Of a stretch of 64,000 nt of DNA, positions 1-8,572 are shown in pieces (the first letter of the stretch is position 1; every line of letters begins with the position of its first letter). The translations under genes were made by a program, and so were the position numbers. A model generated the notes under the pieces. The model was given only the letters and a program-made list of their open reading frames with translations, was not told the origin of the DNA and searched no databases. Source of the stretch: Candidatus Cloacimonadales bacterium (GTDB taxonomy: Bacteria; Cloacimonadota; Cloacimonadia; Cloacimonadales; JAIOQZ01); the NCBI GenBank assembly GCA_963665815.1, contig OY762463.1, forward strand, positions 448,001-512,000, in the 5' to 3' direction.

Positions 1-861
1 TCAGTCACAACGGATTTTGGATTATACAAGAAGCAAACAAATGGTTACTCAAAAACTACTACACAGGTTAATACGGAGGAATTCTTCAAAGTTTATGACA
101 GTGGTTACATTTCATTATCAAGTGAGTATTTTGAAGAGGATGCCCATTACTATGAGAATGGCTTCTTAAATATGAAAACTAATGAAGAAATCAGTATAAA
201 CCTGTTAAGTGAGTATTCAAAACCTGGAGACGATTTTGAGTACAGTCTTGCATATATTGATGAAAGTAAAGTTGTATACACTTTTTTCTTATATTATTAC
301 AATGAGAAAATTGGGGGTGGGCCTTTTAATGGTAATGCAGGAATTGTTTATTACAATGTTGATGGGAGTATAAAAAAAATGATTGAGCTCCCTTACAAGT
401 ATGCTGGTTGTGTTAGTACATCACCCAATGGAGATGTTATAATTGTAGAAGAACTGACAGGAAGATATTTCACCGATGGTCCCACAGGAAATAGAGCTCT
501 CGTTTTCGAAGATGGCCGTATTGTTACAGGCAAGAGTATTGGATCAGAGCTTTGGTCATCTCGCTGGTCTGCCGATGGATCTATGCTTTTCTCCAGTGGA
601 TGCCTTATCGATGTACAAGCCGGTAAAAAAATAATGTCAATTGAAGGATCGGTTTATCCCTCAAATAAGTCAGCAAGTAGAGTTCTAGTAAAATATGGAA
701 ATCGATTAAGAGTATTTGATATTAACACAAAAGAATTGATAATGTCTGTACAAGTAAATCCATATACAAGTCATTTTCGAATTTCTGGTGATGGAACCGA
801 GATTATCGGTGTGTCCCAGACAAATTATGTGAAAATCAGGATTGATGGGAGAAAGAAATAA
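1..861 (+). CDS. Hypothetical protein, 5'-truncated by the window edge; possible beta-propeller
   Basis: Frame +1 is open from base 1 through the ATG at 172 to TAA at 861. Short beta-strand repeats (TSPNGD, WSADGS, ISGDGT) resemble WD40/TolB-type blades. Confidence 0.6.
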   Translation, partial: SVTTDFGLYKKQTNGYSKTTTQVNTEEFFKVYDSGYISLSSEYFEEDAHYYENGFLNMKTNEEISINLLSEYSKPGDDFEYSLAYIDESKVVYTFFLYYYNEKIGGGPFNGNAGIVYYNVDGSIKKMIELPYKYAGCVSTSPNGDVIIVEELTGRYFTDGPTGNRALVFEDGRIVTGKSIGSELWSSRWSADGSMLFSSGCLIDVQAGKKIMSIEGSVYPSNKSASRVLVKYGNRLRVFDINTKELIMSVQVNPYTSHFRISGDGTEIIGVSQTNYVKIRIDGRKK

Positions 862-1165
862 CACAGAAAACCCACCATCCCTACCCAAAACAACCTACAT
901 AAAACCACCCTGAAACAACTACAGCCTGACAACCTATAAATTAAACACCGTTAAGACATATCGAAATGCTAATTACTTCAAGTGATTAGCAAAAAATAGA
1001 TGAAATTTAGTAAAATCACTTTGCATTTAAAATTTATTCAGACTAATTATACCTTTTCATCCCTATATTTCAAAGTAAATCCAATAAAAAACATTTACAA
1101 AAAACACCAAATAATCTAATATTGATGAAAATAAATCTATTTAATATTTTGCAGAGGAATTATAC

Positions 1166-2746
1166 ATGGAAACTAAGAAACCACTGATACTTATAGTTGA
1201 TGATATACCAAGAAATTTACAGGTACTCGGTAACATTCTACAGAAATACGATTGCGAAATTGCTATAGCTGCTGGTGGAAAACAGGCTCTTAGCATTGTA
1301 AATAATATTATTCCTGATCTTATCCTGCTGGATGTAATGATGCCCGATATGAATGGTTTTGATGTCTGTATAAAGATTAAAGAGATGTACCCGAAAGAAG
1401 ACATTCCAATAATTTTCCTGACTGCAAAAACAGAAACAAAAGACGTAGTGCGTGGCTTCGAAATAGGTGCTGTAGACTACGTAACCAAACCTTTTAACGG
1501 TACAGAGTTAATCTCCAGAGTAGATACGCACATTTCTCTACGTAGAGCCAGAATGGAGCAGAAACGTATTAATAAAGAACTTGAAATAGAGATAAGCGAG
1601 AGAAAAAAAGCTGAAGAGAAGGTCACAAACCTTTACGAATCACTTCTCGAAGACCTAAAAACAGCATCAATTGTTCAGTCCTACCTCGTTCCTTCCGGTA
1701 TAGTTCATTACGACGGAGTGATGTTCAACTCCTTCTATTCTCCTTCCACAGACGTTGGAGGTGATTCTTTCGATATCATCAAAGTTGATGATAATAAATT
1801 CTATGTCTATATGGCTGATATTTCCGGACACGGGGTTCAGGCAGCACTTTTAATGACCGCAGTTAACTCTCTGCTCCGCATCATGATAGAACAGAATCAT
1901 AATGAGGGACCCTTATTTATTATGGAGCATTTTAATCAGATAGCCATGGAGAAGCTCTTCAACCACACACGTTCTTATATGACAATGATTCTTGGGGTTG
2001 TGGATATAAAGGAAAAAACTTTCAGCTATTGCAATGCAGGACATCCGCCTGTTATTGCAATTGACAAGGTTACAAAAAAGGTTGATACGATCATGGATAT
2101 GGAAGGTTCGATTCCGGTTGGCTGGAAAAACAACTATAAATACACTGAAGACAAACTTCATGTGGTTAATCTTAGTGCGGATAAATTCTACTTTATGTAT
2201 ACAGACGGTTTGACAGAATGCACCGATCCTGATGGAGATGAGCTGGATATTGATGGTCTGGAACGATATATTGAAGAACACTGCAAATCTGACAACAAGC
2301 TGATGATGCCGCAGAGATTGAAAACCATGCTTGTGGAAAGCGGTTACCAGACAGAGTCGGACGACTTCTCAATTATGACATTCTCCTTATATGATGAAGA
2401 GTTCTATAAGGATACTCTGATTCAGCAAATACCGCTTAATACATTTATCATAAAACCTTATGTGCTTGAACTGATGGAGTTCCTGGAAGAACAAAAATAT
2501 CCTCTTGCAAAGACCGAATCCATTATGCAGGTTTATAACAAAGTTGTGGATATGACTATGGATAGGAACAGGCATAGTGTTACAGATAAAAAAGTTACAG
2601 TACTTTGCGGAGCTGATACTGAAGGTAAGTTTTCTATCACTATTCTGGATTATGATGATTCTATTTCTGAAGCTCATCTGGCAAAATCCAAAGCTAAGTA
2701 TAAGCGATATGAAGATGTGAATGTAAGCCAGTGGGTGTTTGAGTAG
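1166..2746 (+). CDS. Response regulator receiver fused to PP2C/SpoIIE (RsbU-like) phosphatase
   Basis: REC motifs LIVDD, LLDVMMP, FLTA, KPF. PP2C motifs VGGDSFD, ADISGHG, CNAGHPP, YTDGLTE, SDDFS. SD GAGG upstream. Confidence 0.92.
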   Translation: METKKPLILIVDDIPRNLQVLGNILQKYDCEIAIAAGGKQALSIVNNIIPDLILLDVMMPDMNGFDVCIKIKEMYPKEDIPIIFLTAKTETKDVVRGFEIGAVDYVTKPFNGTELISRVDTHISLRRARMEQKRINKELEIEISERKKAEEKVTNLYESLLEDLKTASIVQSYLVPSGIVHYDGVMFNSFYSPSTDVGGDSFDIIKVDDNKFYVYMADISGHGVQAALLMTAVNSLLRIMIEQNHNEGPLFIMEHFNQIAMEKLFNHTRSYMTMILGVVDIKEKTFSYCNAGHPPVIAIDKVTKKVDTIMDMEGSIPVGWKNNYKYTEDKLHVVNLSADKFYFMYTDGLTECTDPDGDELDIDGLERYIEEHCKSDNKLMMPQRLKTMLVESGYQTESDDFSIMTFSLYDEEFYKDTLIQQIPLNTFIIKPYVLELMEFLEEQKYPLAKTESIMQVYNKVVDMTMDRNRHSVTDKKVTVLCGADTEGKFSITILDYDDSISEAHLAKSKAKYKRYEDVNVSQWVFE

Positions 2747-2852
2747 AGAAAACTACACCACTTTATCTTATTGTCAAATTCACAGCTTATAATATTTCTT
2801 CTCTCTATAAGAAACTGCTCCTTCAAATGCCAGTGATTTACTAAAACTACAT

Positions 2853-4259
2853 TTATGTCTTTGCAAGAATAAGTTTCTTGAGTTCCTTAAGGGTTATCTT
2901 CTCCTTTCCACTCAACACATATTCCAGAATCGGCAGCGTATACTGCAGGGTTCCTGTGTTAATAATTATCTTCCAAAGCCATTCGAATTTTTTCCAGGCT
3001 CCGGTGTATAAAAGCTGTCTGAATCTTCTTTCAGTTCCTTCAAGCTTGAGAGATGATCTGATAATATTGTTCCATTTGTAAAACTCATTATATGACCACC
3101 AATAGCCTTCCTCAAGTTCCTCCGGAGATAGTTTTACGGGCTGGAAGACTGTATTTCTGGTATTGTAAAGATCCCAGTTTTCGGTAATGATTCTTCCTGA
3201 AGCCTTCATTCTGCTGTGCAGTGGAGTACCCGGATATGGTGTCAGAATATGATATGTCGCTGTTGTCAGTGAATGTTCGATTCCCCAGTCAACAGTCCTT
3301 TTGAATACATCCTTGTCATCATTATCCATACCGAAAACGAAAGACCCGTTTATCATGATTCCCAGGCTTTGTAGTCTCCTGACAGCCGTCTCATACTCAT
3401 GATTAAGATTCTGAAGCTTGTTATTCTCACGGAGATTTTCAGGTGAGAAAGTCTCGAATCCAACAAAAACACTTTTCATTCCTGCATCAGCAGCTTTTTC
3501 AATCAGATCACCCTGGATTATGGATTTAACAGTTGCAGCACCTTGAAAGACTCTGTTCATTCCTTTCATCTCTCTGAAGAGATCAGACATCAGATTGTAG
3601 TCAGCAAATAAATGATCATCCAGAAAATAGAGGTGTTTCCCGGGAAGTCTGTCGATATCTGTCAGTATGTGATCAAGGGTTTTTGTATAGAAAGAGTTTC
3701 CACCTTTGAAGAAAGCGTCTTTGTAACAGAAATCACAGTGGTGAATACAGCCTCTTGAGACAATCATAGTATTGGGGACCAGATATTTCTGTCGTTTAAT
3801 CAGTTCACGCCTGATCGGGGGATGGTTCTTTATACATCTGAATTTTGGTGCTGCATATATTTTGCGAGGCTGCCTGTTTCTGAAATCATGAAGGAATTCG
3901 GGGAAAGTCTGTTCTCCCGGTCCTGAGAAGATAGAGTCTGCATGTTGCAATGCCTCTTCCGGACAGGATGTAACGTGTAATCCACCCATTGCAACATGGA
4001 CTCCCTTATTTCTGTATTTATCTGCTATTTTATAAGCCCTGTAGGCATTTGTTATATATACTTGGATTATGACCAGATCAGGTTGATCATCTGTGTTCAG
4101 CTTTTCTACATGCTGATCTATCAGCTCCACTTCGTCGTCTGCATTCAGATAGGCTGCCAGAGTAGCCAATCCCAGAGGTGGGAATAACGAATACTTTATT
4201 GCTCTGAATAGAGGATTGCCTGCTTCCATTATTGCAGGGAGTATCATTTTAACTTTCAT
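2853..4259 (-). CDS. B12-binding domain radical SAM protein
   Basis: PPLGLATLAA and MGGLHVT in the N-terminal cobalamin-binding region; SRGCIHHCDFC (CxxxCxxC); TPYPGT. Confidence 0.92.
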   Translation of the reverse strand: MKVKMILPAIMEAGNPLFRAIKYSLFPPLGLATLAAYLNADDEVELIDQHVEKLNTDDQPDLVIIQVYITNAYRAYKIADKYRNKGVHVAMGGLHVTSCPEEALQHADSIFSGPGEQTFPEFLHDFRNRQPRKIYAAPKFRCIKNHPPIRRELIKRQKYLVPNTMIVSRGCIHHCDFCYKDAFFKGGNSFYTKTLDHILTDIDRLPGKHLYFLDDHLFADYNLMSDLFREMKGMNRVFQGAATVKSIIQGDLIEKAADAGMKSVFVGFETFSPENLRENNKLQNLNHEYETAVRRLQSLGIMINGSFVFGMDNDDKDVFKRTVDWGIEHSLTTATYHILTPYPGTPLHSRMKASGRIITENWDLYNTRNTVFQPVKLSPEELEEGYWWSYNEFYKWNNIIRSSLKLEGTERRFRQLLYTGAWKKFEWLWKIIINTGTLQYTLPILEYVLSGKEKITLKELKKLILAKT

Positions 4260-4321
4260 ATATACCTCATAGTAAATGGTGAGACTTTAGCATATTAGCA
4301 ATGATCTCAATGTTTTATAAT

Positions 4322-4335
4322 TGTGAAGCTTCACA
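4322..4335. promoter_or_regulatory. Perfect 14-bp palindrome, candidate operator
   Basis: TGTGAAGCTTCACA in the divergent intergenic region, ~60 bp upstream of the B12 radical SAM start. Confidence 0.35.
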
Positions 4336-4562
4336 TAGAGAACGAAGAGTAGTGAACATGTTACAATGAAAAATCACTTCCTGCAGCATTCCATAAACAT
4401 TAAAAATATCTATGTGGAAATCAATAGTATGATTAGCAATGTCGTACAGACCTGGAGCAATTCAACCTTAATTTATCTTGACTATATGTTGTATGTTTCT
4501 AATTTAAATCACAATAAATTTGATTATGACTTTAATTTTCAATTTGAACTTTTATAATTACT

Positions 4563-5486
4563 ATGAGGAATGAAATGAAGATATTGTTTATGCATGGAGT
4601 AAAAAACACTGATTGGTTTTCTGATTTTATAAGTAAGATGGCAAAAGACTATCATTTGATTGACTATAATAATATTCAACTTTTTTTAGAAGGGTCCAAA
4701 ACACATAAAAATGCTGTTCATCTTACATTTGATGATGGTGATCTTGATTTTTATCATAATATTTTTCCATTAATGAGAAAGAGAAAAATTCCATTTTCCA
4801 TTTTCGTTTCCCCCAATAGTGTAAAAAATGGAGATAACTTCTGGTTTCAGGAGATTACAAACTATGATAATAGCAAACTAAAGCAGGTAGTTTGTGATGT
4901 CTTAAATATTCAAAAGGAAGATTTGTCCGGATACAGTGTTAAATCTGCACTAAAGACACTCCCAATAGATACTATATGGGAAGTTATCAATATTTATAAA
5001 CAGAGATTTAAAGAGAATGATAAACCAAGAATGAATATGAATCTCTCAGAATTGAATATTGTAAAAGAATCAGGACTTGTAACTATCGGGGCTCATACTC
5101 AACGACATCCAATTCTCTCTAATGAGGATGATTCTTCCAGTAAAAAAGAAATTGTAAATTCTATTAATGAATTGTCAGAAATTCTTAACGAATCGGTAAA
5201 ATGTTTTGCATATCCCAATGGAGTTCCAGGACTTGATTTCAGTCAAAGAGAAATAGACATTCTAAGCACTACTTCCAGTGAAATATCTTTTTCTACTCTG
5301 GAGAATAAAGTGAAGGTGAATGATAACAAGCATGCAATTCCAAGATTCGGAGTTCCGGAAAGTAATATTAAGCTGCTCCCAATTAAGTTTTTACTTGGTC
5401 AGAATTGGTCATTGCTTAAATCAAAGCTTAAAGGTAAAGATGAAATGCAGCAGAGACTTGAAATTAAAGCAAAGTTTTTTAAATAA
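4563..5486 (+). CDS. Polysaccharide deacetylase (CE4/NodB family)
   Basis: LTFDDG, GAHTQRHP and FAYPNG motifs. The start may be the ATG at 4575. Confidence 0.9.
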   Translation: MRNEMKILFMHGVKNTDWFSDFISKMAKDYHLIDYNNIQLFLEGSKTHKNAVHLTFDDGDLDFYHNIFPLMRKRKIPFSIFVSPNSVKNGDNFWFQEITNYDNSKLKQVVCDVLNIQKEDLSGYSVKSALKTLPIDTIWEVINIYKQRFKENDKPRMNMNLSELNIVKESGLVTIGAHTQRHPILSNEDDSSSKKEIVNSINELSEILNESVKCFAYPNGVPGLDFSQREIDILSTTSSEISFSTLENKVKVNDNKHAIPRFGVPESNIKLLPIKFLLGQNWSLLKSKLKGKDEMQQRLEIKAKFFK

Positions 5487-5506
5487 ATCATGAAGAAGGT
5501 TAATTA

Positions 5507-6595
5507 ATGGCAATTCAAACTTATACAATAAAAGATCTTCAACAAGAATTAAAGTCCGAAAATATTTGGAAAAACAGGAATATTGGTATTTCAAAAGATA
5601 TTGCATTTACTTTAGTTACCAACCCAAGAGCATCCTGTGATGATCCTGCTCTAATAATAGACAGGGTGGAAAATGGTGATATTGCAAGTGCTGTATGCTG
5701 CTTCAAAGATTTCTATTATGTTAACGGTGAGAAAAAGGTGATGTTTTGGGGGAACAATTGGTGGACAGATACTAGCAAAACTAAATCTCCGTCAGGTTTG
5801 TTTGTTGAAATGGAAGTTAATGCTGCAACAGGTAACACTCACTGTAGCAGCGGAGGCACAGAGGATGCAAGACGAATTCAGGACTTGTATGTAAAAAAAG
5901 GGTTTAAGCAAAGAGCTTTTTTTAGAAATAAATATGTTTTTTTTTCAGGCAAAATAGATTTATCTGAAAATGCAGGTCTGAAGAAGAAGATAGTAGCTAA
6001 TGCACTTTCAATAATGTCAATTAAAAAAGCTTTTGATAGGAAGAAAGTCATCTACTCAGATAAGAAATACTTTCTGGATTATATCCATAGAGTGGACAAT
6101 GAAACAGATAGTTTTATACGAAAATTGAACAAAAATACAATTAACAGAAGAGGTAAAGAAGAGCTTAACTGGATAGCTGAGAACACATTCAAGGGATGTA
6201 ATCTGATTAATTCACCATACCATGACTTTTTTATAAGGAAAAAAGGGAATATTCAACCCAGATCAGCCTTTTTTGTTAAGATTTATAATTCCAAGTACGA
6301 ACTTTGTGGATTCTGCATGTTTGTTTTAAGAGGAAGAGATTTGGCGTTAGCTTATGCTTATTATACAGATGTAAAACTTATAGCGGAGGTTATAGCTGAT
6401 CATTTTTTCACCTTGAATTCTACACGATTAAGTTTATGTGGCGATGAATTATTCAATGAACTGATTCGAAACAGAATGAAGAGATATCCAAGAGTCTGTA
6501 CTTCTCTATATGGATATGCTGATTCTGCAATATTCGAGGATTTAAAGGCCAAGAAAGAATTTCATTTTGGAGATGGGGAAGAAGCATTAATATAA
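5507..6595 (+). CDS. Hypothetical protein (possibly GNAT-like), probably co-transcribed with the deacetylase
   Basis: 362-aa ORF 20 bp after the deacetylase, with SD-like GAAGG. No diagnostic motif recognised. Confidence 0.6.
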   Translation: MAIQTYTIKDLQQELKSENIWKNRNIGISKDIAFTLVTNPRASCDDPALIIDRVENGDIASAVCCFKDFYYVNGEKKVMFWGNNWWTDTSKTKSPSGLFVEMEVNAATGNTHCSSGGTEDARRIQDLYVKKGFKQRAFFRNKYVFFSGKIDLSENAGLKKKIVANALSIMSIKKAFDRKKVIYSDKKYFLDYIHRVDNETDSFIRKLNKNTINRRGKEELNWIAENTFKGCNLINSPYHDFFIRKKGNIQPRSAFFVKIYNSKYELCGFCMFVLRGRDLALAYAYYTDVKLIAEVIADHFFTLNSTRLSLCGDELFNELIRNRMKRYPRVCTSLYGYADSAIFEDLKAKKEFHFGDGEEALI

Positions 6596-6620
6596 AAAAA
6601 GCCGCATCACTGCGACTTTT
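6594..6620. terminator. Probable bidirectional intrinsic terminator
   Basis: A7-GCCGCA-TCAC-TGCGAC-T4 between convergent genes. The stem pairs fully on the minus strand with one G-U. Confidence 0.65.
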
Positions 6621-6649
6621 ATAGTGTCAGGTATATTTGCTTTTCAGAT

Positions 6650-7054
6650 TTATTTAACACCTTTTGATAAAAGATATTCGGAATACTCCATGTCTGTCTG
6701 TTTAATGTGTTTTGTCAGCCATTTGCGAAGAAATGTCATGAGCTCAAGTGATACAATTGTTTTTTGTGAGCCCTTTGTTTTCATCCGATTCACTTCGTCA
6801 AAAATGAATTTGTGCTTACGCTTATGGGTTGCGGAATCTATATAGAAATACTTATCGAAGAGCTTTTCTTCATATGCAAAATGCTCATGTGTGTAATCAA
6901 TCAATTCCTTAAAAATACTATTCAATACTTCATCACTATTCCCATTCTGCAATGCTGCATGTAGTTCATTAATTATGCCAACTAGTTTTTTATGTTGTTC
7001 ATCGATGCTTGGGATTTTTACACTGAAACTGCTATCCCATGTGAATAATGCCAT
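6650..7054 (-). CDS. Bacteriohemerythrin (copy 1)
   Basis: Complete di-iron ligand set: IDEQH, HFAYEE, HKRKH, HIKQTD. Confidence 0.95.
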   Translation of the reverse strand: MALFTWDSSFSVKIPSIDEQHKKLVGIINELHAALQNGNSDEVLNSIFKELIDYTHEHFAYEEKLFDKYFYIDSATHKRKHKFIFDEVNRMKTKGSQKTIVSLELMTFLRKWLTKHIKQTDMEYSEYLLSKGVK

Positions 7055-7305
7055 TTTTACTTCCTTTTATGTCGTGAGATCTTTGCATAATTTGGATAGT
7101 TGACTTGATTTTGAAATTCAACAAATTCTGACTCAAAACAAGCTTCTTAATAATCTTTTTTTGATGAATTCAAAAATCACATCGATTCTTTTCAGCCCAA
7201 GAGGGACTGTCCAATTAAATTATCCTCAATCTCATCTATATTTTTTTAGTTTACTTAATTTATATCAAATCTGCTTGATTCTACTATTATGCAAGCTTCC
7301 GCTAT

Positions 7306-7710
7306 TTATCTCATACCATGAGAAATCATGAATTCAGAATATTCCTTATCTGTTCCCTTAATGTGTTTGGTCAGCCATTTTGTCAAAAACTGCATTAATT
7401 CAATAGATAACACAGTTCCCTGACCCTCTACTTTACTCATTCTGTCGATCTCATCAAAAATAAATCTGTGTTTTCTCTTATGCGCACCTCTATCGGGATA
7501 CTTGTACATTTCGAAATACTTTTCTTCAAAAGAAAAATGTTCATGTGTATAATCAATAAGCTCTTTAAATACTTTTTCGATAATATCACTCGTTTTTCCC
7601 ATTGTCATAGCATCATGAACACGATTAATGATATCCATTAACTTCTTGTGCTGAGTGTCTATACTGTCGATACCGACACTGAAACTGTTGTCCCATACGA
7701 ATAAAGCCAT
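7306..7710 (-). CDS. Bacteriohemerythrin (copy 2)
   Basis: Ligands IDTQH, HFSFEE, HKRKH, HIKGTD. Same length as copy 1. Confidence 0.95.
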   Translation of the reverse strand: MALFVWDNSFSVGIDSIDTQHKKLMDIINRVHDAMTMGKTSDIIEKVFKELIDYTHEHFSFEEKYFEMYKYPDRGAHKRKHRFIFDEIDRMSKVEGQGTVLSIELMQFLTKWLTKHIKGTDKEYSEFMISHGMR

Positions 7711-7863
7711 ATTTTTATCCTCTCAATGTTAATATTTGCTGTCTTACAAAGAAATATTAGACTTTTTGCAGCAAAATGCAAACTGATATTTTTTTTTGAA
7801 TATATCTTGATTGTTTAAATTCATAAAAAAAAATATTTAATATAAGATTTTACAACGCTTTAC

Positions 7864-7892
7864 TTGACATTGTTAATACCTTAATTTAAATT
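7864..7892 (+). promoter_or_regulatory. Candidate sigma70 promoter for the flavodoxin-domain gene
   Basis: TTGACA-N17-TAAATT, 45 bp upstream of the ATG. Confidence 0.4.
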
Positions 7893-7937
7893 GAATTATA
7901 TGTAAGTTCTGGTTTTAAAATAAAATATGGAGACCCA

Positions 7938-8423
7938 ATGAAAACTTTAATAGCATTTACTACAAAATACGGAAGCGTCGAAAAGACAGCGAATTTATTG
8001 AAGAATTTATTGAATGACCATGTTACGGTTAAAAATCTTAAAGACGAAAAAATTAAAACTCTGGAATTATATGACACTGTAATCCTGGGTGGTTCAATAT
8101 ACAGGGGAAAGGTTCAATCTGAGTTAACAGACTTTATAAACTCGAATATGTCTTTACTTATGAATAAAAGAATTGGTATTTTTGTTAATGCAGGAGAGAG
8201 CGATCCTGTGAAAAAGGATAAACAATTTGAAAATGCTTTTCCTGAGAAAATTTTCAGTCATGCTTTCTCAAGACATATCTTTGGTGATGAAATTGATTTT
8301 AAGAAGCTTACACTGATTGAGAAAACAATGTTATATCTTATTAAAAAAACAAAAGAAAGTTATTCAAACATAGATATTAACGAAATTAACAAGATGGCAA
8401 ACGAGATTAATAGCAACAAATAA
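7938..8423 (+). CDS. Flavodoxin-domain protein (HemG/Flavodoxin_5-like)
   Basis: FTTKYGSVEKTA FMN-phosphate loop; YDTVILGGSIYRG. Confidence 0.85.
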   Translation: MKTLIAFTTKYGSVEKTANLLKNLLNDHVTVKNLKDEKIKTLELYDTVILGGSIYRGKVQSELTDFINSNMSLLMNKRIGIFVNAGESDPVKKDKQFENAFPEKIFSHAFSRHIFGDEIDFKKLTLIEKTMLYLIKKTKESYSNIDINEINKMANEINSNK

Positions 8424-8443
8424 TTTATAAACATATATCTATC

Positions 8444-8474
8444 AGCCTGCATGTTAACATATGCAGGTTTTTTT
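8444..8474 (+). terminator. Intrinsic terminator
   Basis: CCTGCAT...ATGCAGG stem followed by a T tract, just after the flavodoxin gene. Confidence 0.75.
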
Positions 8475-8572
8475 GCATTAAAAAATATAAAAGATGCCAT
8501 CAGTGATTTTAGCAGGATTATTATTGACAATTCACATACATGTATTGCAATTTATACTGTTAAGGAGGAATA

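Noticed and set aside
4366-4557. 63-aa ORF before the deacetylase
   Set aside because: AT-rich promoter-like DNA, with no SD and no motif.
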